DNA from: Pedosphaera sp.
GTDB taxonomy: Bacteria; Verrucomicrobiota; Verrucomicrobiia; Limisphaerales; SIBH01
DNA: 40,709 nt
NCBI GenBank assembly: GCA_031414955.1
Contig: JANOQV010000113.1
Span: forward strand, 1-40,709
Direction of reading: 5' to 3'
The translations under genes and the position numbers were made by a program. Shown piece after piece: positions 27,478 through 36,583 of this stretch (position 1 is the stretch's first letter; every line of letters begins with the position of its first letter). Below the pieces are notes generated by a model, which made no database searches, was not told the DNA's origin, and was given only the letters and a program-made list of their open reading frames with translations.

Positions 27478-27702
27478 ATGAGCACAGCGGAACTCATTTT
27501 CGAGAAAGCGCGCAGCTTGCCGAGTGACAAGCAGAACGAGGCGTTGCGCTTCGTGGATTTCCTCCTGGCCCGCCGTTCCGCCGAAGCCGAGGCTGCCGAG
27601 TGGCGCAAGCTGCTCCGCGAGACGCAAAGCGCGCCCGGTGTTTCTGCCATCACCGACGACGACATTGCCTGTGAAGTCGCCGCCGTCCGCAACCGCCCAT
27701 GA
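27478..27702 (+). CDS. Putative antitoxin (DUF2281-like)
   Basis: Small protein with LPSDKQNEALRFVDFL; ATGA overlap with the PIN gene; start may be 27466. Confidence 0.7.
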   Translation: MSTAELIFEKARSLPSDKQNEALRFVDFLLARRSAEAEAAEWRKLLRETQSAPGVSAITDDDIACEVAAVRNRP

Positions 27703-28103
27703 GGGTGGTGGTGGATACAAACGTGGTGGTGTCGGCGATTCTCCGCGACCGCAACCCCGAAAAGGCCACCCTGCATCTGGTGGAAAATCCAGACTGCGAA
27801 TGGCTGGCCTCTGAAGAAATTCTGGCCGAGTACCGCGAGGTGATGCGCCGCCCGCGCTTTGGACTTTCGCCGGAAATCCTCACGCGTTGGGATGACCGTT
27901 TCCGCGAAGCCATCGCCGTCTGGCCCGTGACGGTGCCGGTGGATTTTCCGCGCGACCAGAAGGACGCGAAATTTCTCGCCTGCGTGCTGGCCTCCCAAGC
28001 CGATTACCTGCTCACAGGCGACCGTGACTTCGAGGAGACAAAGGCCTTCCCAAACGTGAAGATCATTTCCGTGAGCCGGTTCGTGGCGGAGTTCTGTCCG
28101 TAG
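27699..28103 (+). CDS. PIN-domain toxin (VapC-like, PIN_3 type)
   Basis: MRVVVDTNVVVSA, ILAEY, RDQKDAKFLACVLASQADYLLTGDRD. Confidence 0.9.
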   Translation: MRVVVDTNVVVSAILRDRNPEKATLHLVENPDCEWLASEEILAEYREVMRRPRFGLSPEILTRWDDRFREAIAVWPVTVPVDFPRDQKDAKFLACVLASQADYLLTGDRDFEETKAFPNVKIISVSRFVAEFCP

Positions 28104-28174
28104 TAGCAGACGCGATGATTTAATTTTGAGTGGGACCGTATTTGTCCGCCCACGGTCGGTAGGATCGCGCGCCT

Positions 28175-29005
28175 ATGGGACTGACAATTCATTATCGACT
28201 GAGCGCGCCCGCGGGTTCAGAGCGGAACGTGGCCTGGCAATTGGTGTCCGAGGCCGCGTGGGCTGCACAGCGGCGGGTGGCCTCGGGCGGTTTTCGCTCC
28301 GTCGGACACGTTGGCTGGAACGCAGAGCATCGGCGGTGGTCCCGGCGCTGGCGCGAAATACCGCTGCCCAGCGATCCCCCCGCCACTCCGGGTTGCATCT
28401 CTCGCAGCTACTACGACCTGGAAATCGAGCCGGCGGAGGGCTGCATGTTCGAGGTGGACGTGGGCCGCGATTGCGAGTTGTTGTCGGTGGGGTTGTGCCG
28501 GTATCCGCTGTCGCTGCCCATGCCGTGGCAGTTGCATGCGTGGCTCCCGCCGAACCGACGACGCCAGAAGATCAGCACGGGTCTGCCGCCCGGCTGGTAT
28601 TTTCACGGCTTCGCCAAGACTCAGTTTGCCAGCCTGCACGGCTGGGAATATTTCCGCCGCTGCCACGTCGGCATCATCGACTATCTCGCGGAGTTGAAGA
28701 CCATGGGCTGGGGCGTGCGCATCAGCGACGAGGGCGAATACGGGCCGCGCCGCTCGCTGACCAAGCTGCGCCGCAACATTGATGAAATGAACGGCGTGGT
28801 GGCCGCCGCCGCGGGCGCGTTGAAGGATCTGGATGAAGCGATTAATGGCACGGACGGGGTGCAGTCGCCCATTTTCGCGCACAAGGATTTCGAGCGATTG
28901 GAAGCGGCGGGCGAAGCGCGGGCGGGCGCGATGATTCGCGAAGCACGCGGGGAGATTTCCGGGTTGTTGCGAACGAAGGGCGGCAAAGGCAACGCAACCG
29001 GCTGA
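28175..29005 (+). CDS. Hypothetical protein (MGLTIHY...FAKTQFA...SDEGEY)
   Basis: 276-aa ORF with plausible codon usage; no function recognised. Confidence 0.7.
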   Translation: MGLTIHYRLSAPAGSERNVAWQLVSEAAWAAQRRVASGGFRSVGHVGWNAEHRRWSRRWREIPLPSDPPATPGCISRSYYDLEIEPAEGCMFEVDVGRDCELLSVGLCRYPLSLPMPWQLHAWLPPNRRRQKISTGLPPGWYFHGFAKTQFASLHGWEYFRRCHVGIIDYLAELKTMGWGVRISDEGEYGPRRSLTKLRRNIDEMNGVVAAAAGALKDLDEAINGTDGVQSPIFAHKDFERLEAAGEARAGAMIREARGEISGLLRTKGGKGNATG

Positions 29006-29051
29006 TCCTTGGACACAGGCGTGCCTAAGCCCCGGCCAGCCAGCAAACCGT

Positions 29052-29081
29052 TTGACACCGGGCGGAATCTTCACGAAATAT
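29052..29081 (+). promoter_or_regulatory. Probable sigma70 promoter for the tRNA
   Basis: Perfect TTGACA at 29052-29057; only a weak -10 (AAATAT) 18 nt downstream. Confidence 0.4.
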
Positions 29082-29096
29082 CCCGGCCCGATGGTT

Positions 29097-29171
<75 letters not shown>

Positions 29172-29233
29172 CTTTCAAGGGGTGGTGGCGCGCTGCGCCC
29201 ACTCCGCCTGGGTGGGATGCGGTTTGGCCTTGG

Positions 29234-29935
29234 TCAAGCCAGCCGCCGGTTCAGTTCCTCCAACCCTTCATGCGACCCAATCTCGTAAAACCTTTCCCGC
29301 ACCTCCCAGCCCGCCATCTGCCCGCGCTCCACCAGGCGCTTCATCACGGCGGCCAGGTCGAACGGCTGGTCGGCCGGCCACTCGTCGAAGGCGCGGGCCT
29401 GGAACAGGCTGAGGCCGTAGTCGATGTGGCGCATCTCGGGCCGCCGTTGCTGCTTGTCGTAGAGCTTAATCTCGCCTTCGCCGAAGACGGTGTTGCTCGT
29501 GTCGTATTTGCCTTCGTTGTGATAAACCGTCATCAGTCCGAGCTTGCCGCTGCTCAGGAAGAATTCCGCCACCGGCCCAAATGGTTCGGTGAGATAGCTG
29601 TCGCCGTAGAGCACGAAGAAATTCTCGCCCAGCTTGGGCAGCGCCTGCCGGAGCGCGCCGCCGGTGCCGAGCAGTTTCGGCCCGTCGAACGAGTATTCAA
29701 GTTGCACTCCGTAGGCCCGCCCGTCGCCGAACTGCTCCACGACCTTCTCGCCGAGATGCCCGAGGCACAGCACGACCCGGGTGAGACCTTGCTGGCGCAG
29801 TAAAGCAAGCTGGTGTTCGAGGAACGGCTTGCCGGCGACAGCGACAAGCACCTTGGGAATCTTTTCCGTGATCGGACGGAGTCGCGTGGCGAGTCCACCG
29901 GCGAGGAGAGCCACGGTTAAGGGCGCAGCATTCAA
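29234..29935 (-). CDS. hddC: Nucleotidyltransferase, heptose-1-phosphate guanylyltransferase-like
   Basis: LLAGGLATRLRP...PKVL, LGTGGAL, LYGDSY, FYEIGS; coupled to the hddA-like gene. Confidence 0.7.
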   Translation of the reverse strand: MNAAPLTVALLAGGLATRLRPITEKIPKVLVAVAGKPFLEHQLALLRQQGLTRVVLCLGHLGEKVVEQFGDGRAYGVQLEYSFDGPKLLGTGGALRQALPKLGENFFVLYGDSYLTEPFGPVAEFFLSSGKLGLMTVYHNEGKYDTSNTVFGEGEIKLYDKQQRRPEMRHIDYGLSLFQARAFDEWPADQPFDLAAVMKRLVERGQMAGWEVRERFYEIGSHEGLEELNRRLA

Positions 29936-30915
29936 GAGCTGACGAGTTTCGTGCCCTCGAAATCAAACCGGAACCGCACCTCCTTCAACCCCGCGCCGCG
30001 CATCGCATGGCGCAGTTTCGACTTGTCCTCCTCGGCGTAGAACATCAGGAAGCCGCCTCCGCCCGCGCCGATGAGCTTGCCGCCGAGTGCGCCGTGAGCA
30101 CGGGCCAGGTCGTACCATTCGTTGATTTTGGAGTTACTCATGCCGCCGCTGCGGGCGCGCTTGCGCTGCCAGTGCTCGTCCATCAGGCGGGCGAACTCGC
30201 GCAGGTCGCCGCTCTCGAGCGCGCGCTGGCTGGCGTGGCCGATCTCCTTGGTGCGATGCAGATTCTCCAGCATCGCCGGATCGTCCTGCTTCGACTTTTC
30301 GTTCTGGTCCTTGAGGATGCTGCCGGCGCTGCGGCTGTAGCCGGTAAAGAACATCACCAGGTTGTCTTCGAGATTGTAGCGGGTCTCCTCGGCGATCTTG
30401 GCCGGCCAGGCCTCAACGCGACCGTCCGGATGGAAGTTAAAACAAGTGATCCCTCCCAGGGCCGCGATGTATTGGTCCTGTTTGCCCACGGGTTCCTTGA
30501 GCCGGTTGATCTCGATGTCGCAGGCCTGCGCAGCGATCTCGGCATTGGGGATCAGATTTCTTTGATGCGCGTGCAAGACCTTGAGCAGCGCCGTGGTGAA
30601 GCTGCCGCTGCTGCCCAAGCCCGTGCCCGAGGGGATGTCGGCCATGCTGGTCAGTTCCAGATAGCCGCCATCGATGCCGAGCATCTGAAACGCCTCGCGG
30701 ATGATCGGGTGCTCGATTTGCGCCGCCTGGGCCACCCGTTCCAGCTTGGAGTATTTGATGATGAACTCCGGCACGAAGGTCTCGTGCAGGGTGAGGTAAA
30801 TGTATTTGTCGATGGCGGCCGTGATGAGGAAGCCGCCGAATCGCTCGTAATACGACGGCAAATCCGTGCCGCCGCCGCCGAGGCTGATGCGAAGTGGTGA
30901 ACGTGCGATGATCAT
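29932..30915 (-). CDS. hddA: GHMP kinase, D-glycero-alpha-D-manno-heptose-7-phosphate kinase-like
   Basis: RSPLRISLGGGGTD, PSGTGLGSS, GKQDQY, GGKLIGAGGGGF. Confidence 0.8.
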   Translation of the reverse strand: MIIARSPLRISLGGGGTDLPSYYERFGGFLITAAIDKYIYLTLHETFVPEFIIKYSKLERVAQAAQIEHPIIREAFQMLGIDGGYLELTSMADIPSGTGLGSSGSFTTALLKVLHAHQRNLIPNAEIAAQACDIEINRLKEPVGKQDQYIAALGGITCFNFHPDGRVEAWPAKIAEETRYNLEDNLVMFFTGYSRSAGSILKDQNEKSKQDDPAMLENLHRTKEIGHASQRALESGDLREFARLMDEHWQRKRARSGGMSNSKINEWYDLARAHGALGGKLIGAGGGGFLMFYAEEDKSKLRHAMRGAGLKEVRFRFDFEGTKLVSS

Positions 30916-31055
30916 GCGTTTGCGGGCGAGGTTTTAGAGCCGCCGCCGGAGGGCCGCAAGACTCCCTTTTCCGGGCTTCCATTTTTCCCGGAGTGTCGTG
31001 CCGCGGGCGAGTCGTGGTTCGGTGCGCCCCTCCAGCGGCCCTCCCGGCCCGCATG

Positions 31056-31091
31056 AACAAAAACCCGCGCCTCGTCTCCAAGGCGCGGGTT
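31056..31091 (-). terminator. Rho-independent terminator of the Gfo/Idh/MocA gene
   Basis: 11-bp stem AACCCGCGCCT/AGGCGCGGGTT followed by a T-run on the minus strand, 21 nt after the stop. Confidence 0.75.
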
Positions 31092-31112
31092 CCGAATTGG
31101 CCGAGCAGGCCG

Positions 31113-32453
31113 TTACACCTGATCGATGCGCGTCTTGCCGGGGACGGGCAGTTGATAGAGACCATCGGGGCCGGGCTTGACCAGCGGCTCGGCGTCCCAC
31201 GCGAGATTCTTCGGCATGGTATCGTTCTTGGAGTTGAGCGCCTGCTCCCAGGTCACTTCCTTGCCGGTGTAGGTGGACATGCGGCCCAGAATCGAAGTGA
31301 GCGAACTGTGCGCGCCGTATTCGCCTTCGTTGTAGGGCGTGTCGTTACGGATGGCGGCGAAGAAGTCGTCGTGCTCCTGTTGGTATGGATCCTTGGCCCG
31401 ACCTTGGAACCGCCAGGCATTCTCACCCGTGATAATGTTGCGCTCGAAGTCGCTCCGGCCCTTGGTGCCGATGGCCTGTTGCCCGACCTCATTCCAACAA
31501 CCGAGTTGATGGCGGCACTGGCTGAAGCAAACCGAGCCGTCCTCGTAGGTGTATTCCACGACGTGATGGTCGAAAATCTCCCCGTAGTCCGGCCCTTTGC
31601 GGGTTTCGCAACCACCGTTGCCGCGAGCCTTGATCGGATGGCCCTTCTTGAGCCAGTTGACCATGTCGAGGTTGTGGATGTGCTGCTCGCAGATGTGATC
31701 GCCGCAGAGCCAGACGAAGTAGTACCAGTTGCGGAGCTGGTATTCCATTTCGGTGAGCTTGCGGCCATGCTTGGCTTCGAGTTCCGCGCGGGGATGAACC
31801 CACGGAGTATTACCATTCCAATAGGCGCGCATGGCCACGATGTCGCCGATTTGGCCGTCATGCAGTCGCTGGATGCATTCCATGTGCCCGGCATGGTGAT
31901 GGCGCTGGAGACCAACGCCGACTTTCAAATTCTTCTTCTTCGACTCCTCCACCGCCGCGAGGAACTTGCGCACGCCCGGGCCATCGACTGCGACCGGCTT
32001 CTCCGTGAACACATGCTTGCCCTGCCGTACCGCTTCCTCGAATTGCATCGGGCGAAAGCCGGGCGGAGTGGCCAGAATCACCACATCCGCCAGCGCGATG
32101 GCCTGTTTGTAGGCTTCGAAGCCGATGAACTTGTGATCTTCCGGCACCTGCACCTTGTCTTTGTGCTTCCCGCCGAGGTTCTTGAGGCTGCCATCCATGC
32201 GATCCTTGTGCACGTCGGCGATGGCGACGAGTTTCACGCTCTCGCCCGTGCTCAACGCTTGATCTGCCGCGCCCGAGCCGCGCCCGCCGCACCCGACGAG
32301 GGCGATCTTGATCGTGTCCCCGGGCGACGCCGCATGGGCAAACCGCTCAATGGGTAGCGCGCTCAACGCCGCCGCGCCCGCGAGGGTTCTGGAGGTGTGG
32401 GAAAGAAAACTCCGACGAGTCAGAGCCTGTGTGACCGGAATAATTTTGTTCAT
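31113..32453 (-). CDS. Tat-exported Gfo/Idh/MocA oxidoreductase
   Basis: TRRSFL twin-arginine motif, LVGCGGRGSGA, ATPPGFRP, EKPVA, EQHIHNLD. Confidence 0.92.
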   Translation of the reverse strand: MNKIIPVTQALTRRSFLSHTSRTLAGAAALSALPIERFAHAASPGDTIKIALVGCGGRGSGAADQALSTGESVKLVAIADVHKDRMDGSLKNLGGKHKDKVQVPEDHKFIGFEAYKQAIALADVVILATPPGFRPMQFEEAVRQGKHVFTEKPVAVDGPGVRKFLAAVEESKKKNLKVGVGLQRHHHAGHMECIQRLHDGQIGDIVAMRAYWNGNTPWVHPRAELEAKHGRKLTEMEYQLRNWYYFVWLCGDHICEQHIHNLDMVNWLKKGHPIKARGNGGCETRKGPDYGEIFDHHVVEYTYEDGSVCFSQCRHQLGCWNEVGQQAIGTKGRSDFERNIITGENAWRFQGRAKDPYQQEHDDFFAAIRNDTPYNEGEYGAHSSLTSILGRMSTYTGKEVTWEQALNSKNDTMPKNLAWDAEPLVKPGPDGLYQLPVPGKTRIDQV

Positions 32454-32654
32454 GGCATTGGGTATTAAAGACGATTTTCCGACGCCCGGAAGACGCACAC
32501 TTATTCAATCGCGAATTTCGGGAGACGCGGAAAGGGTGGCGGCTCGCCCCGGTCATGTCCAGCGGGGAATCGGCACCCGGTGGGTCTGCCCTCCCCGCCA
32601 TCTGACCGCTTGCCTGCGGAGGTCGTTCGCTGGCATACCATGCGCCAGAATTCG

Positions 32655-34799
32655 ATGAGCTTCGGCTTCAACATCCGGCATTTGGTGGCGCTTGTTTTCG
32701 GCACGCGCTTATTGCTGTTCCCAGGTGATTCGAGCGCGGCGCAGACCCGGCCCCAAGTCGGGCACTTCCCGGCGCAACCCAAGTCCGGAGAATCCGTCAC
32801 CATTCAGGTGCGGTTCAGCGGAGCCACCAGCGGACGGGCGGTGAAGTTGCACTCGCAGGTCGTCGAGCCGGGCAGCTACCTCCGGCGCACCGACGGAGCC
32901 TTCACGAATGCCTGGCGCGAATTTCCAATGCACCACGAGGGCAAAGCCGGAGACCTCAAGCAAGCCGGGGACAACTTTGCCGCCGTTCTCCCCGCAGAAT
33001 TCCAACAACATCGCCGGCTCGTCCGCTACTTCATCTCCTTCGCTGAGGCGAACGGGGCGCAGGCGCGCTTCCCGGAAGCAAGCAACGCCTGCCCCAACTT
33101 CGCCTACTTCGTTTATGACGGTTTGCCCTCCTTCACCGGCGCGGATCGTCCGGGGCAGACACCGCCGCTCGACTTCTCCGCCGCCTTCATGAACACGATG
33201 CCCGCGTATCACCTCATCGCCCGCCGGGAAGAGGTGGAGCAGAGCCAGTGGGACGGCGGCGCGAACAAGAAGCGTTTCTTCGGCACGCTGATTTATGACG
33301 GGCAGGTCTATGATCACATCCAGTTCCTCAATCGCGGCAAGGCCAGCACCTATGTCTCGGGCAAGAACAAGTGGGGCTTCAAGTTCAACGACGCGCAGCC
33401 GTTTCGCGATCGCGATCTGGGGGGGCGTGAACTGACCAACGAATCGAAAAGCCTCAGCCTCACGGCCTGCGCCAGCCCGTGGGCACCGGTCAATCGCGGC
33501 ATGGCCGGCATGGACGAAGCCGTGTCGTTCCGCGCGTACCAACTGGCCGGCGTGCCCAGCGCGAACACCCACTGGATTCAATTCCGCGTCATCTCCCGCA
33601 CCAATGAAGTCACCGCGAAGACCCAGTATGCGGGCGACCTCTGGGGCTTGTATCAAGTGATTCAGGAACCGAACGGCGAGTGGTTGCGCGAGCGCGGTCT
33701 GCCCGAGGGCGACATCTACTCGCCGGAAACCGGCGTGAAACATCGCGCCCGGAACTCGCCCACGAATGACGTGGCCGTCCAGGAATTCATGGACGGGTGC
33801 CACCGGGGCGGGACTGAGGGCTGGTGGCGCAGCAACTTGAACCTGAACGCTTACTATACTTTCCACGCGCTCAATCGCGTCCTCGGTAACGTCGATGTGC
33901 GCCCCGGCGCGAATCATTACCTCTATCACCAGCCTGATGGACGCTGGTCGGTCGTGCCGTGGGATCTCGACATGATGTTCATCGCCAAGACGCATCAGCC
34001 CGGCTTCGTCGATGCCGCGAGCTGCCTCTCCGTGCGGGAACTGAAGGTCGAATACCAGAATCGCGGGCGCGAAGTGCTCGACCTCTTCTGCTCCGACACG
34101 AGCGCGAACGGCGGGCAGATCGGCCAACTCGTGGATGAACTCGCGCAGTTCCTCAAGCCCGCCGGCTTCGACCGCACCTGGCCCGAGCTCGACCGCGTGA
34201 TGTGGAACCATCACCCGCGCAGCAACGCCAAGGGCCAGTTCTACCTGACGCCTTTTCGCGACGGGCGCGGCGGCGGCGAATGGACCCGCACGCTGGCCAC
34301 GGCGGACTTCGCCGGCTTCTGTAAATACATCGTGGACTACGGCACCGACTCGCGCCCGACCAACAACTACGCCATCAACGACGGCGACCAGCGCGGCTAC
34401 GGCTTCGGCTGCCTGACGGTTGAATCATGGAGCAAGAGCGCGCCGGAGCGCCCAGGGATTCGGCGGGTGGACAAAGTGACCGGCGCGAAGAGTTTGACCT
34501 TTGAGATCTCAGATTTCAAAGCCCCGGCCGGAATCACCAACACCGCCTTGGCCGCGATGCAGTGGCGGGTGGCGGAAATCAGCGCGCCTGGCCTCGCCGG
34601 CTATCAGCCGGGCACGCCGCGCAAATATGAGATCGAGGAACTCTGGCACAGCGAGGCCCTCACCAACGCCGTCTCGCGCTTCGAACTGCCCCTGACCATG
34701 ACTCAGCCCGGCCACACCTACCGCGCCCGCGCCCGCTACCTGAACAACACCGGCCGCTGGAGCCACTGGTCCGCCCCAGTCCAGTTCGTGACCCGTTAG
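32655..34799 (+). CDS. CotH kinase family secreted protein
   Basis: YDGQVYDHI..RG...KNKWGFKFN, WGLYQVIQE, NHYLY, VPWDLD; start uncertain (32640 or 32655). Confidence 0.75.
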   Translation: MSFGFNIRHLVALVFGTRLLLFPGDSSAAQTRPQVGHFPAQPKSGESVTIQVRFSGATSGRAVKLHSQVVEPGSYLRRTDGAFTNAWREFPMHHEGKAGDLKQAGDNFAAVLPAEFQQHRRLVRYFISFAEANGAQARFPEASNACPNFAYFVYDGLPSFTGADRPGQTPPLDFSAAFMNTMPAYHLIARREEVEQSQWDGGANKKRFFGTLIYDGQVYDHIQFLNRGKASTYVSGKNKWGFKFNDAQPFRDRDLGGRELTNESKSLSLTACASPWAPVNRGMAGMDEAVSFRAYQLAGVPSANTHWIQFRVISRTNEVTAKTQYAGDLWGLYQVIQEPNGEWLRERGLPEGDIYSPETGVKHRARNSPTNDVAVQEFMDGCHRGGTEGWWRSNLNLNAYYTFHALNRVLGNVDVRPGANHYLYHQPDGRWSVVPWDLDMMFIAKTHQPGFVDAASCLSVRELKVEYQNRGREVLDLFCSDTSANGGQIGQLVDELAQFLKPAGFDRTWPELDRVMWNHHPRSNAKGQFYLTPFRDGRGGGEWTRTLATADFAGFCKYIVDYGTDSRPTNNYAINDGDQRGYGFGCLTVESWSKSAPERPGIRRVDKVTGAKSLTFEISDFKAPAGITNTALAAMQWRVAEISAPGLAGYQPGTPRKYEIEELWHSEALTNAVSRFELPLTMTQPGHTYRARARYLNNTGRWSHWSAPVQFVTR

Positions 34800-34840
34800 C
34801 CGCGTAAGATTGGTTTGAATCCTGCCCGCGCCTTGCAATC

Positions 34841-35959
34841 ATGCCTCCCATGATCACGCAAGACACAACCCGGAGAGACTTTCTCAAGACGGTTTCCACC
34901 GCCGCCGCCGCCGCCGCCACGCTCGCGCCGGCCGCCTTCGCACAGGACAAGGCCCCGAAGAAACTCGGCCACAAGCTCGGCCTCGACAACTTCGCCGTGC
35001 GGGACATGAAGTGGAAGGCACCGCAACTCATCGACTACGCCGCGCAGCTCAAGACTGACTCGCTTTTCATCACCGACTTCGGACCGTTCGAGAAGACCGA
35101 CGACGCCTACCTCAGCGACCTCCGCAAGCTGGCGGCGGACAAGGGCCTTCAGATTCAACTCGGCTCCTGGAGCATCTGCCCCACGTCCAAGTCCTACCGC
35201 AAAGACCCGCGCTGGAACTCCGCCGAGGAGCACCTCGCGCTCGGCCTGCGCATGGCCCAGGCGCTCGGCTCGTCCGTCTTCCGCGTCGTGCTCGGCAATG
35301 CCGACGACCGCAAGAGCGAAGGCGGCATCAACGCGCGCATCGACGACACCGTCAAAGTCCTCAAGAGCCAGCGCAGCCTCGCCCTGGATTCCGGCGTCAA
35401 GGTCGCCATCGAGAACCACGCCGGCGACCTGCACTCCACCGAACTCGTGCGCCTCATTGAGGACGCGGGCAAGGACTACGTGGGTGCAAACCTCGACTCC
35501 GGCAACGCCTGCTGGACGCTGGAAGACCCATTGCAAAGCCTGGAGAACCTCGGGCCCTACGCCATCACGACCAGCTTGCGCGACTCCGCAGTCTGGGAAT
35601 ACGAGGACGGTGCCAAGGTCCAGTGGACGGCGATGGGCGACGGCCAAATGGATCTGAAGAAATACTTCGCGCGCTTCGCCGAGTTGTGCCCCGGCGTGCC
35701 CGTCCACATCGAGACCATCTCCGGTTTCTCGAAGCCCTTCCCCTATCTCAAGGCCGACTTCTGGAAGCCCTACTCGACCATCCCGGTGGCCGAGTTTGCC
35801 AAGTTCGTGGCGCTGGCCAAAAAGGGTCAACCCTTCACCACCGTGAAAAATCCCGAGGGCAAAGACCGCACCGAGACGAACCAACTCGGCCAGAAGGCGG
35901 AGATCGAGCGCAGCATCAAGTATTGCCAGCAAGTGCTGGGGCTGGGGTTGAAGGGGTAA
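34841..35959 (+). CDS. Tat-exported sugar phosphate isomerase/epimerase (xylose isomerase-like TIM barrel)
   Basis: TRRDFL motif, AIENHAGD, NLDSGN, AMGDGQMD, HIETI. Confidence 0.88.
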   Translation: MPPMITQDTTRRDFLKTVSTAAAAAATLAPAAFAQDKAPKKLGHKLGLDNFAVRDMKWKAPQLIDYAAQLKTDSLFITDFGPFEKTDDAYLSDLRKLAADKGLQIQLGSWSICPTSKSYRKDPRWNSAEEHLALGLRMAQALGSSVFRVVLGNADDRKSEGGINARIDDTVKVLKSQRSLALDSGVKVAIENHAGDLHSTELVRLIEDAGKDYVGANLDSGNACWTLEDPLQSLENLGPYAITTSLRDSAVWEYEDGAKVQWTAMGDGQMDLKKYFARFAELCPGVPVHIETISGFSKPFPYLKADFWKPYSTIPVAEFAKFVALAKKGQPFTTVKNPEGKDRTETNQLGQKAEIERSIKYCQQVLGLGLKG

Positions 35960-35974
35960 GAGGCCTTGCCCTCC

Positions 35975-36334
35975 ATGCGCGTTTGCCCAATAGCCTCCCT
36001 GGCCGTGCTCCTGATTCTGGGTGCCTGCTCATCGAAACAGTTGGCTCGAATCGCTCCGGCGGATCGCGTAGTTGCGGTCGATGAATCTGGCGCCCCAATG
36101 CTCACGGCAACCGGGGATAAAGCGGCGAAGCTGGTGCGAGCAGTTTCATCTGCGAAGCGCGATAACCTGCCCTACAAAGCAACCTTCTCGTGGAGTTTAC
36201 AGTTTTATCGCCGGACGAACCTCTTGGATGTTCTACGCTTTCAACAAAGCTTAGTAATTATTGACGGTAAGACTCACAACGATGGCAGCGGAGTGCTGGA
36301 TGCATTCAACGATCAGGTGCTGGCCGCGCGGTAA
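35975..36334 (+). CDS. Small putative lipoprotein, AT-richer than its flanks
   Basis: MRVCPIASLAVLLILGAC lipobox; 119 aa. Confidence 0.6.
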   Translation: MRVCPIASLAVLLILGACSSKQLARIAPADRVVAVDESGAPMLTATGDKAAKLVRAVSSAKRDNLPYKATFSWSLQFYRRTNLLDVLRFQQSLVIIDGKTHNDGSGVLDAFNDQVLAAR

Positions 36335-36583
36335 GGACCGAGAAACGGAAATGAGCGAATCCAATGCTGGTTAGGGAAACGCTGATCTGATCGAATCGCG
36401 TACTCAATGGAGGTGCCCGCTCAAATCGCCCGGCTTCGGCTAATCAAAAAAGCTCCACCGAACCGGCGTGTTGCGGGATAGACTCGGACCGATTGAAGTC
36501 GCAAGATGGCGTCGAGCCAAACACCTGACTGAGCGTTTGGCTTTGGAACCATGTTTTGCAAACCCGACATTTTGAGGGCGCTG

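Noticed and set aside
34898..34920. GCC trinucleotide run
   Set aside because: Encodes the poly-Ala stretch of a Tat signal peptide; unit changes would not shift frame
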